Part shown: positions 36,687-44,532 of the stretch, in pieces
Position numbering within the stretch: the stretch's first letter is position 1
How the letters are laid out: each line of letters starts with the position of its first letter
Assembly: GCA_902806085.1 (NCBI GenBank)
Contig: CADCVH010000031.1
Location: 15,950 to 79,949, forward strand
From: an uncultured Rubrobacteraceae bacterium
Lineage (GTDB): Bacteria; Actinomycetota; Rubrobacteria; Rubrobacterales; Rubrobacteraceae
DNA: 64,000 nt
Direction of reading: 5' to 3'
Notes under the pieces: generated by a model
What the model saw: the letters and a program-made list of their open reading frames with translations, nothing else
Told to the model about the DNA's origin: nothing
The model's database searches: none
Made by a program: the position numbers and the translations under genes

Positions 36687-37610
36687 CTAGTCCTCCCAGA
36701 AGCTCTCTGAGAGGTACTTGTCTGCCCCATCGCACAGGATGGTGACGACCGTGCCGGACTCTATCTCCCGGGCGACCTGCAGCGCCGTCGCGACGGCCGC
36801 GCCCGCCGAGATGCCGATGAGGACGCCCTCCTCGCGCGCGACGCGCTTGACCATCTCGTAGGCGTCCTCGGTGGCGGTGGCGCGGTTTTCATCGGCGACG
36901 GTGGGGTCGTAGATGGTGGGCACGATGGCGCTCCCCATGTGCTTCATCCCCTCCAACCCGTGAAACGCCCCGTCCGGCTCGAACGAGACGACCCGTATCT
37001 CCGGGTTGAACTCTTTGAGCCGCGTCGAAGTACCGACGAACGTCCCGCTGGTGCCGAGGCCCGCGACGAAGTGCGTGACCTCGCCGCCGGTCTCTTCCCA
37101 AATCTCGGGCGCCGTGCTCTCGTAGTGGGCCCTCGGGTTGGCCGGGTTGGAGTACTGGTCGGGGTAGAAGTACCGCTCCGGGTCCTCGGCGTAGAGCCGC
37201 CGCGCCTCCCTGATGGCCCCGTCGGAGCCCTCGCCCGGGTCCGTGAGCACGAAGTCCACGCCGTACGCCCTGAGGATCTTCTTGCGCTCCTCGCTGGCGT
37301 TCTTGGGCATGCACAGCTTGACCTTGTAGCCTAAAGCGGCCCCGATCCAGGCGTAGGCGATCCCGGTGTTCCCGCTCGTGGCGTCGAGGATGGTCTTCTG
37401 CGGCGTGAGCGCGCCGCTCCTCTCGCCGTCCCGGATCATCCACAAAGCGGGCCGGTCCTTGACGGAACCCCCCGGGTTGTACCACTCGGCCTTGCCCAGT
37501 ATCCGCACCCCGGGCGTCTCCGCCGCGATGGCAGGCAACTCCAAAAGCGGGGTGTTGCCCACGAGATCCGTCACGTTCTTCCCGACCTGTTTGTTAATCC
37601 GAGTAATCAT
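36687..37610 (-). CDS. cysM: PLP-dependent cysteine synthase (CysM type)
   Basis: GNTPL, NPGGSVKDR, ATSGNTG, GLGTSGT, GISAGA. Confidence 0.9.
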   Translation of the reverse strand: MITRINKQVGKNVTDLVGNTPLLELPAIAAETPGVRILGKAEWYNPGGSVKDRPALWMIRDGERSGALTPQKTILDATSGNTGIAYAWIGAALGYKVKLCMPKNASEERKKILRAYGVDFVLTDPGEGSDGAIREARRLYAEDPERYFYPDQYSNPANPRAHYESTAPEIWEETGGEVTHFVAGLGTSGTFVGTSTRLKEFNPEIRVVSFEPDGAFHGLEGMKHMGSAIVPTIYDPTVADENRATATEDAYEMVKRVAREEGVLIGISAGAAVATALQVAREIESGTVVTILCDGADKYLSESFWED

Positions 37611-37774
37611 GTCGGGATTGATTATACAGTGTGATGAAGGGGCGTCCAGAGAGGGCGAGAACCAACAAACAAAAATAGCCGGGCGGCCAAAATAACGGCC
37701 TCCCGGCTGTGGTTGGTGCGTTGTCCGGAATTGTACCGGAGGCCCCCTTTACAAATCTACAGCGAAATCGCGAA

Positions 37775-38497
37775 TTATCCCAAAGCGTCCAGAATTTCCC
37801 CCAGGGTTCGGCGCCGGCAGGTAAAGATGGGGGTGTCGAGCTCGGTGTAGGAGGAGGCCTCGCTCTCCCGAAGCTCCATCATCAGGTCCTGGAACTTCTC
37901 GGGGCTCTCCGCCTCGAACGACAGTATGAACTCCCAGTCGTCTATCCCGAAGCAGTAGGCGGTGTTGTTCTTCACCGGGTAGTGCTTGCGCCCTATCCTC
38001 ATGTGCTCGTCCATCATCCTTTGGCGCTCGTCCAGCGGCAGGCGGTACCAGGCCCGCGTCTTGACGAACGGGTAGACGAAGATGAACTCCCCCTCCCCGG
38101 GCACTATGTAGCGGCGGTTCTCCCAGCCCGGCGTGTGCTCCCCGACGTAGATGGAACGCCTGCTCAGGCCGAAGTAGGAGTGGGAGACCGTCAGGTACTT
38201 GCCCAGGCCGCTTCGCATCAGGGCGCTTTGCAGGCCCTCGAAGGCGTCGAGGTCGTAGCCTATCTTCCAGATCATGAAGTCCGCGTCGGCCCTGAGCCCC
38301 ATCAGGGAGAACGAGCGCAGGAGCATCTCCCCGCCGTGCTCCTCGGCGGCCGCGAGGAACTCCCCCTTGCCCCGCTCGCGCTCCTCCTCCGGCAGGCGGC
38401 GCCAGAGGGGGTCGAGCTTGAAGAAGGCGTAGTTGACGTACTGGGCGGGAAGCTTGTCTTCTTGCGCCTCCTGCTGGCGTGGCCTCGTTTCGGTCAT
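37775..38497 (-). CDS. Chlorite dismutase / coproheme decarboxylase (ChdC/HemQ) family heme protein
   Basis: YPFVK...WY.L...R..M..H, then GIDDWEF, L...L...E, TPIF. Confidence 0.8.
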   Translation of the reverse strand: MTETRPRQQEAQEDKLPAQYVNYAFFKLDPLWRRLPEEERERGKGEFLAAAEEHGGEMLLRSFSLMGLRADADFMIWKIGYDLDAFEGLQSALMRSGLGKYLTVSHSYFGLSRRSIYVGEHTPGWENRRYIVPGEGEFIFVYPFVKTRAWYRLPLDERQRMMDEHMRIGRKHYPVKNNTAYCFGIDDWEFILSFEAESPEKFQDLMMELRESEASSYTELDTPIFTCRRRTLGEILDALG

Positions 38498-38516
38498 CGT
38501 CTCTCCCTTCGTCGAA

Positions 38517-38696
38517 AGGCTCTGAGGTTTTAGGTTCTAGGTGGTTCTAGGTACAAGGTTTTGGGTCGTCGGTGAGAACCACGCGCGCCCGCGCTACCTG
38601 CCTTGCGGCTCGTGCCAGGCTACCGTTGCTCCTGTTTCTCATCTTTTCCCTTGAGCCTAGAACCTTAAAGCCCCAAAACCTCAAGCCTTGAGGCCT
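38517..38696. repeat. Intergenic element bounded by inverted AGG-7/8-mer arrays (copy 3)
   Basis: Left arm aggctctg aggtttt aggttct aggt ggttct aggtaca aggttttg ggtcgtcgg; right arm tgagcct agaacct taaagccc caaaacct caagcct tgaggcct. Confidence 0.8.
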
Positions 38697-39673
38697 GCTG
38701 CCTCCAGCCCAAAGTTATCCTCGTAGAGCTTTGCGACGCGGGAGATCTCCTCCGGGGAGAGGTCCGGCGTCTCCGACGTTGCGGCGAACTCTTCTATCTG
38801 TTGCTCGCCGTAGATGTTGGGGAGGGTCGAGATGACCTCGGGGGAGGCGAGGACGAACTTGAGGGCGGCCTGGCCGAGGGTGCGTTCGCCAGACTCGGTG
38901 AGGAAAGAGAGCCTCTCGACCTTTTTGAGCCCGGTGGTGAGCCACTCCTTCGGGCGGTGGCGTCGGTGGTCGTTTTGGCCGAAGGTGGTGTTCTCGTCGT
39001 ACTTGCCCTCCAGCATCCCCGAGGAGTGGGGGACGCGGACGACGAGGGAGGTGTTCGTGTCCCGGGCGGTTTCGATGAGGTCGCGGCCCGGGTCCTGTTC
39101 GAGGATGTTGTAGATCATCTGCACGCCGGCGAGGTCGCGCTCGCGCATCATCTTCGCGCCCTCGTCGCGCCAGCCGATCTTCGGGCCGAGGGCCGCCCCG
39201 TAGGCCCGGATCTTGCCCTCCTCCTTGAAGGACTCCATGAGGGCGAAGAGCTCGTCGTTCTCGGCGGCGTCCATCTTGGTGTTGTGCAGTTGGAGGAAGT
39301 CTATGTAGTCCGTATCGAGCCTCTTCAGGCTCTGTTCGAGGGCGAAGCGGAGGAAGTCCTCGGACCAGTCCTGGGGGCGTTCCTGCTGGCCGCGGCGGGC
39401 GGTGTGGTTGTAGAAGTCGTAGCCTATCTTCGTCGAGATCACGACCCTGTCGCGCATGTGGCCGAAGGCGTCGGCGAGGAGCGTCTCGCCCTTGCCGGAG
39501 CCGTAGGTGTCGGCCGTGTCGAAGTAGTTGATGCCGCGCTCGTGGGCCTGGCGCAGGAGCCGGACGGAGCGGTCCTCGACGACCTCGCCCCACCAGCCCG
39601 TGGAGACCGTCCACACCCCGAAGCCGACCTCCGAGACGGAAATGTCGGTGCCGCCAAGGTTACGGTATTTCAT
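38681..39673 (-). CDS. Aldo/keto reductase
   Basis: MKYRNLG, DTADTYG.G..E, STK, EQSLKRLDTDYIDFLQLH, EGKIR; start ATG 39673. Confidence 0.92.
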   Translation of the reverse strand: MKYRNLGGTDISVSEVGFGVWTVSTGWWGEVVEDRSVRLLRQAHERGINYFDTADTYGSGKGETLLADAFGHMRDRVVISTKIGYDFYNHTARRGQQERPQDWSEDFLRFALEQSLKRLDTDYIDFLQLHNTKMDAAENDELFALMESFKEEGKIRAYGAALGPKIGWRDEGAKMMRERDLAGVQMIYNILEQDPGRDLIETARDTNTSLVVRVPHSSGMLEGKYDENTTFGQNDHRRHRPKEWLTTGLKKVERLSFLTESGERTLGQAALKFVLASPEVISTLPNIYGEQQIEEFAATSETPDLSPEEISRVAKLYEDNFGLEAAGLKA

Positions 39674-39812
39674 CTCTGCCTCCCGTGCTCGTGCCACGCT
39701 ACGCGCCTGGACCCATATAAACCACATTCTATCCGTCCCCACCGTGGCCTTTCTCTCAACCGTCCGGTCTATATAATCCCCGCGTGCGAGTAGAACTCCC
39801 ATCCCCGTCCTC

Positions 39813-40553
39813 TTGATCGCGCGCTACGCGGGCGGGGAGACCGGGGCGCGGGCGGCGGCCCGGGCCGGGTCGGTAGTGGTCGTGGTCGACGCCTTTCGGG
39901 CGAGCACCACGATCGCGGTCCTCGTCTCCAGGGGCGCGCGCGTGATCCCCGTCGCCTCCATCGAAGAGGCCGCCTCCGCGGCGGCGGACCTGCGCATCGG
40001 GGAGCGGGGCAGCGCCAAGGTGGCCGGCTTCGACTTCGGCAACTCGCCGACGGAGGTCCTGGCGGCGGAGGTGCCGCCCGGCGTCACGGTGGCCCTCTCC
40101 ACGACGAACGGCACCAGGGTCCTCGAGGCCGCTGCCGGATCCCCGGCCATCTACGCCGCCGCCTTCGTCAACGCCGGGGCGATGGCGGAGGAGCTGGCCG
40201 GCGCCCGGGACGTCACGGTCGTCGGCTGCGGCTGGGAGGGCGGCCGCGCCTCGGAGGACGAGGACGCGGCCGGGGCCATCCTGCGCCGCCTGCAAGATCG
40301 GGGCGCCGCGCTGGACGCGCGGGCCCGGCGCGTCGTGGAGGCCTACCTGCGCCGTCCCGCCGGGGCGCTGCGCGACAACAGCGCGGCGCGGCGGCTCAAG
40401 CGCCTCTCGTACGAGAAAGACCTGGAATTCTGCCTCTCCGAAGACACCGTGCCGGTCGCGCCGCGGCTCGTGGAAGGCAGCTTTGTAAGAGGACAGACAG
40501 GAAGCCGGATCTCTGGCCCCGGGGCCAAACAAAAACGCGAAATTCGTCCTTGA
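39813..40553 (+). CDS. comB: 2-phosphosulfolactate phosphatase (ComB) family
   Basis: VVVDAFRASTT, GER, DFGNSP, TTNGT, EDE.AAG. Confidence 0.88.
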   Translation: MIARYAGGETGARAAARAGSVVVVVDAFRASTTIAVLVSRGARVIPVASIEEAASAAADLRIGERGSAKVAGFDFGNSPTEVLAAEVPPGVTVALSTTNGTRVLEAAAGSPAIYAAAFVNAGAMAEELAGARDVTVVGCGWEGGRASEDEDAAGAILRRLQDRGAALDARARRVVEAYLRRPAGALRDNSAARRLKRLSYEKDLEFCLSEDTVPVAPRLVEGSFVRGQTGSRISGPGAKQKREIRP

Positions 40554-40578
40554 CACGGAAGTGGTACGGCTTTACTCT
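40550..40578 (+). promoter_or_regulatory. Near-consensus sigma70 promoter with A-rich UP region
   Basis: TTGACA (40550-40555), 17 nt, TACTCT (40573-40578); aaacaaaaacgcgaaatt upstream. Confidence 0.8.
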
Positions 40579-40647
40579 GCAGTTAGCCAGGGCGGATCAA
40601 ACGTTACAAGCTCCGTCCAACCCGAAACGAAAAGGAGGTGAAAATAA

Positions 40648-40848
40648 ATGACGATGATGATCTCTCACGAGAAGACTCGCGAGGTCACCCGCGAAGACGT
40701 GGACCGGGCCATCGACGTGATCGAGCGCCACCTCGAGAAGGAGGCCAGGACCCGCAACCTGCTCGACGAGCAGGCGATCATGCGCCCCAAGGACTTGTGC
40801 AAGCAGCAGGGCCTCGACATGGTCGCGGAGCTCCGCGGCATGGTGTAG
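40648..40848 (+). CDS. Small orphan protein (66 aa)
   Basis: SD AAGGAGGTG just upstream, own promoter and terminator, genome-typical codons. Confidence 0.8.
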   Translation: MTMMISHEKTREVTREDVDRAIDVIERHLEKEARTRNLLDEQAIMRPKDLCKQQGLDMVAELRGMV

Positions 40849-40947
40849 GACGCGCCACTTCAAGCTTATGAACGGGAATGCACAGTAAGGTCCCGGGCCT
40901 CCCAACGAGGCATCTAGGGGCTGTCCATCCCCCTTCACGAGGCTGAG

Positions 40948-40977
40948 AGAGGGCCGGGTTTTCCCGGCCCTCTTTTC
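40948..40977 (+). terminator. Rho-independent terminator
   Basis: agagggccggg-tttt-cccggccctct followed by a T-rich tail. Confidence 0.85.
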
Positions 40978-41044
40978 TCGTGCACGCAGACGCCGAAGTC
41001 CCACGGAAAGTCACGAGAGCAACGCGTATGCCTCCGGGCTCGGG

Positions 41045-41070
41045 CGGGTACACCCGTGGGCGTGTACCCG
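41045..41070. promoter_or_regulatory. 9-bp inverted repeat upstream of the cupin gene (operator or leader hairpin)
   Basis: cgggtacac-N8-gtgtacccg. Confidence 0.5.
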
Positions 41071-41091
41071 AACCGCAGGAGGCGACGAAGC

Positions 41092-41487
41092 ATGGACCGT
41101 GGGCCGATCGTGAGCCGAGAGGGGGATCAAGAGTGGGAGACCTGGAGCGAGGAGGAGATACCCGAAAGGGGGCTGGTCTACTGGAAGACGCTGATCAGCA
41201 GGGGCGTCACCCGTAGCGAGAACCTCACTTTGGGCGTTGCGAAGCTCCCTCCCGGCGGGGCGCTGCGCGAGCACCGGCACGAACAGGACGAGATCTACCT
41301 GGTGCTGGAAGGGAGCGGGCTGGTCAGGGTCGGCCCCGGGGAGTCGAGGGTAGAGGCCGGGTCGGCGGTCTTCATACCGGGCGACGCGCCCCACTCTTGC
41401 GTGAACACGGGGACGTCGGACCTGCTGGTAGCCTACGTCTTCCCCGCGGATTCCTTCGACGAGGTGGAGTACGTCTTCGAAGGCTGA
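41092..41487 (+). CDS. Cupin protein resembling DddW/DddK DMSP lyases
   Basis: Cupin motifs EHRHEQDEIYLVLEGSG and FIPGDAPH; W.TLI at the N-terminus and FDEVEY at the C-terminus; AGGAGG SD before ATG 41092. Confidence 0.8.
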   Translation: MDRGPIVSREGDQEWETWSEEEIPERGLVYWKTLISRGVTRSENLTLGVAKLPPGGALREHRHEQDEIYLVLEGSGLVRVGPGESRVEAGSAVFIPGDAPHSCVNTGTSDLLVAYVFPADSFDEVEYVFEG

Positions 41488-41526
41488 ACGCGAAGGCGGA
41501 GCGCTTACGGCGGCCGAAGGGGGGAG

Positions 41527-41617
41527 CGGAGGAGGAGGGATTCGAACCCTCGATACCCCGTTAGAGAGGTATAACACCTTAGCAGGGTGCCGCCTTCAAC
41601 CACTCGGCCACTCCTCC
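41527..41617 (-). tRNA. tRNA-Ser(GCT), CCA not encoded
   Basis: GGAGGAG acceptor stem, D-loop TGGCCGAGTGGTTGAAGG, anticodon loop CT-GCT-AA, long variable arm, GGTTCGAATCC, discriminator G. Confidence 0.95.
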
Positions 41618-41671
41618 GAACGGGGCCAGTATACCAAAGACGTTCCGCGCGTTCGATACGCGGGGAAGGGG

Positions 41672-42697
41672 TTACTTTCCGGCGTCCTGGATGCCCTCGA
41701 TGGCCCCTTCGTCTAGGATGTCGGGCTTCTCGTTGGCGGGTTCGGCGTCCAGGATCCTCTCGCCGGAGATCTCCTCTTTCATCCTCACGAGCGTGGCGTT
41801 CAGGGTCGCGCCGAAGAGGATGGTGAGGGAGGAGATGTAGAGGTAGAGTAGCAGGACGATGACCGTGCCGATGGAGCCGTAGGTCGCGTTGTAGGTGTTG
41901 AAGTCGCTGCCAAGGTAGAGGTTGAAGGCGACGCTCGCCAGCACCCAGAGGGCGATGCCCACGAAGCCCCCCGGCGTGATCCAGCGAAACGGCTGCCCGG
42001 CGTCCGGGGCGAAGTAGAAGAGCAGGGCGACCGTCGCCACCATGAACAAGAGCGCCGACGGCCAGCGCGCGATGCCCCAGACGAGCATGAACTCGTCGTC
42101 CAGGGTGAACACCTCGGCTATCGTCCGGCCGATGGAGGGCCCGGCGACCAGGAGCAGCACCCCGACTATGACCAGCACGGAGAGCCCGAGCGTCATGAGG
42201 ATGGCGATGAGCTTTACCTTCCAAAAAGGCCGCGTCTCCTGCACGTCGTAGGCGCGGTTGAGGGCGTTTATGAGGGCGGAGAAGGCGCCGGAGGCCGCCC
42301 AGATCGTGCCCAGGATGCCGACCGAGAGCAGGCCCGGCGCCGTGTCCTCGTTGCGCAGGGTCCGCTCGGTGTAGGTCTGTATGAGGTCGAAGACCTGGGC
42401 CGGCATGACGCGACGGAGGTAGTCGAAGAGCTCGTTGACGAACTGGGGGCTGGAGCTGGAGAAGGCGTCAACGACCGCGACCAGGAACAAGATAAAGGGG
42501 AAGAGGGCCAGGATCAGGTAGTAGGCGAGCTGCGCCGCGAGCCCCAACGCATCGTCGCGCTGGAACTCCTGCACGGTCGCCTTCAGCGTCTCGTAGCGCA
42601 GCAGATCTCGCAGGTCGCCGAAAAAGTTCTTGAGCGGACCCCGCGCGGGCCGCGTGGCGACAGCCCGGAGTTCCGCCCGTGGTATGTCGGGTTCCAC
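41672..42697 (-). CDS. YihY/BrkB family membrane protein
   Basis: AAQLAYY..LALFP, ALNRAY, YG.IG..I.LLLYLY. Confidence 0.9.
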   Translation of the reverse strand: MEPDIPRAELRAVATRPARGPLKNFFGDLRDLLRYETLKATVQEFQRDDALGLAAQLAYYLILALFPFILFLVAVVDAFSSSSPQFVNELFDYLRRVMPAQVFDLIQTYTERTLRNEDTAPGLLSVGILGTIWAASGAFSALINALNRAYDVQETRPFWKVKLIAILMTLGLSVLVIVGVLLLVAGPSIGRTIAEVFTLDDEFMLVWGIARWPSALLFMVATVALLFYFAPDAGQPFRWITPGGFVGIALWVLASVAFNLYLGSDFNTYNATYGSIGTVIVLLLYLYISSLTILFGATLNATLVRMKEEISGERILDAEPANEKPDILDEGAIEGIQDAGK

Positions 42698-42941
42698 GGG
42701 GCCGCACCTCCCTTCCGCTACGCGCCTTATTCTAGCGCCTTCGCCAGGACGCCCGCGCCCGCGGGTCGGATAATCCGCCGGGGGTGGCGCGGTCGTATAA
42801 CCCCTCAGATGGAAAGAGGATCACACAGAGACGGTCGCCCCGCGCCACGCTTCCGGTGTCCCGGATGGGAACGGGCTATCATCCCCTGCGTGGATGGCGG
42901 GGTCGGACGGTACGTCTCCGCCGGTAGACGGAAGGTTCCGG

Positions 42942-43496
42942 ATGGTCGATGTGGAGGACGAGATCCTGGTGCGGCGCGTCGCCGCCGGGGACGAGCGGGC
43001 CCTGGGCTCGCTCTACGACCGTTACGCGAGGCTGGTCTACGGGGCCGGGGTCCGCTACCTCGGGGACCGGGGGCTCGCCGAGGATCTGGTGCAGGACGTG
43101 TTCACGTCCGTCTGGAGGAACGCGGCGGGCTTCGATCCCTCGCGGGCGGGCTTCTCGACCTGGGTCTACCGCATAACCCGCAACCGGGCGACCGACCTGA
43201 TCCGGCGCCGCAAGGCCCGCGTGCGGACGGTCGGCGGGGACTCCCTGCCGGAGCCGGGGGAGCCGGATCCGGCGGGCGAACTCTCGCGCGGCTTCGACGT
43301 CGCCTCGGCCCTCTCGCGGCTCACCCCGGCCCACCGGGAGTTGCTCGTCCTCGCGTACTTCGACGGCCTCTCGCAGAGGGAGATCTCCGCCCGCACCGAT
43401 ACGCCTCTGGGCACGGTCAAGAGCCGCACAACCGCCGCCATGCGGGCCCTCCGCGACATCCTCGCCGACACGGACGGGGGCCCCGCCGATGAGTGA
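42942..43496 (+). CDS. ECF sigma factor (SigK-like)
   Basis: AEDLVQDVF..VW..A..FDP.R, LAYFDGLSQREI, PLGTVKSR. Confidence 0.9.
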   Translation: MVDVEDEILVRRVAAGDERALGSLYDRYARLVYGAGVRYLGDRGLAEDLVQDVFTSVWRNAAGFDPSRAGFSTWVYRITRNRATDLIRRRKARVRTVGGDSLPEPGEPDPAGELSRGFDVASALSRLTPAHRELLVLAYFDGLSQREISARTDTPLGTVKSRTTAAMRALRDILADTDGGPADE

Positions 43497-44163
43497 GCAC
43501 CCAAGGACGCGCGACCTCCTTGGCCCGTTCGTCATGGGCGACCTCTCCGCCGACGAAGAGCGGACGGTCAGGGAACATCTGGAAGGCTGCGACCCTTGCA
43601 GGGAAGGGGTGGAATCCCTGCGGCTCACCCACGAGCGCCTGGTCGAGTTCGCGGCCGTGGCCGAGCCGCCCCCATCGCGCCTCAAGGACCGGGCCGTGGG
43701 AGGGATGCCGCGGCCCGCCGCGCGGAGGGCCGTACCACCGTCCTGGCTTGTCGCGGCGGCCGCCGCGCTGCTCGTGGCGCTCGGCGTGGCCTACGGGGCG
43801 TCCCTCCTCGGGGGCGGGGAGGTGGCCGCCAACCTCGAGCCGACGGGCCGGGCGCCGGAGGCCGGCGGGGAACTGAGTGTCCAGAGCCCGGCGGCAAACA
43901 CGCAGGCCAGGCTCGAAGTCTGGGGCCTGCCGCGGTCGAAAGAAGGCGAATACTACGAGCTGTGGTTCGGCAAGGGCGACGGGCGGATCAGCGCCGGCAC
44001 CTTCACGGTGGGCGAGGAGGGAGAACTGACGTGCTACATGCACGTCACGCAGGAGACCGTCGGTGACTACCAGCGGGTCGGCATAACCCTGGAGAGGTTT
44101 CCCGAAGAACCGCGCATGGACGACGCAAGGGTCGTGCTCGGCGGCGAGCTGCGCGAGTCCTAG
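43489..44163 (+). CDS. Anti-sigma factor (zf-HC2, TM, RskA-like domain)
   Basis: HLEGCDPC, PP..LK.R, TM helix, YELW, GITLE. Confidence 0.85.
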   Translation: MSEHPRTRDLLGPFVMGDLSADEERTVREHLEGCDPCREGVESLRLTHERLVEFAAVAEPPPSRLKDRAVGGMPRPAARRAVPPSWLVAAAAALLVALGVAYGASLLGGGEVAANLEPTGRAPEAGGELSVQSPAANTQARLEVWGLPRSKEGEYYELWFGKGDGRISAGTFTVGEEGELTCYMHVTQETVGDYQRVGITLERFPEEPRMDDARVVLGGELRES

Positions 44164-44221
44164 AGGGGATCAGGGTAGACTCGCGGGAAGAGGTCCTACA
44201 GGGCGACGGGGAGGTCGAGGA

Positions 44222-44464
44222 ATGGCGAGGCCGGTGATCTTTAGCACGTCCACGTGCTCGTGGTGCCGTCGGGCGAAGCGCTACTTCCGCGAAAAGGGGG
44301 TTTCGTTCAAGGAGATCAACGTCGAGAGGGACCCGGACGCCGCCCGCGACCTCGTCAAGAAGACCGGGCAGAGCGGGGTGCCGGTCATCAAGATCGGGGG
44401 CGCCTGGATCGTCGGCTTCGACAAGGAGCGCATAGAAAAGGAACTCGCCCGCCGGTCTTCCTGA
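44222..44464 (+). CDS. Glutaredoxin / NrdH-like redoxin
   Basis: CSWC, GVPVI, GFD. Confidence 0.9.
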   Translation: MARPVIFSTSTCSWCRRAKRYFREKGVSFKEINVERDPDAARDLVKKTGQSGVPVIKIGGAWIVGFDKERIEKELARRSS

Positions 44465-44532
44465 GAAGCCTGCGGACGGGGCCGGCCGGATACGGCGCTG
44501 TCGCGGCGGCTCTCTTCCGTATACTTCTTTGC

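Noticed and set aside
39813-40553. comB as evidence of coenzyme M synthesis or of one organosulfur island with cysM and the cupin
   Set aside because: ComB homologs are widespread outside CoM producers, no comA/C/D/E is present, and the genes are in separate transcription units.
41527-41617. tRNA-Ser as an integration site for an island
   Set aside because: No integrase nearby and I found no duplicated tRNA 3' end in the window.
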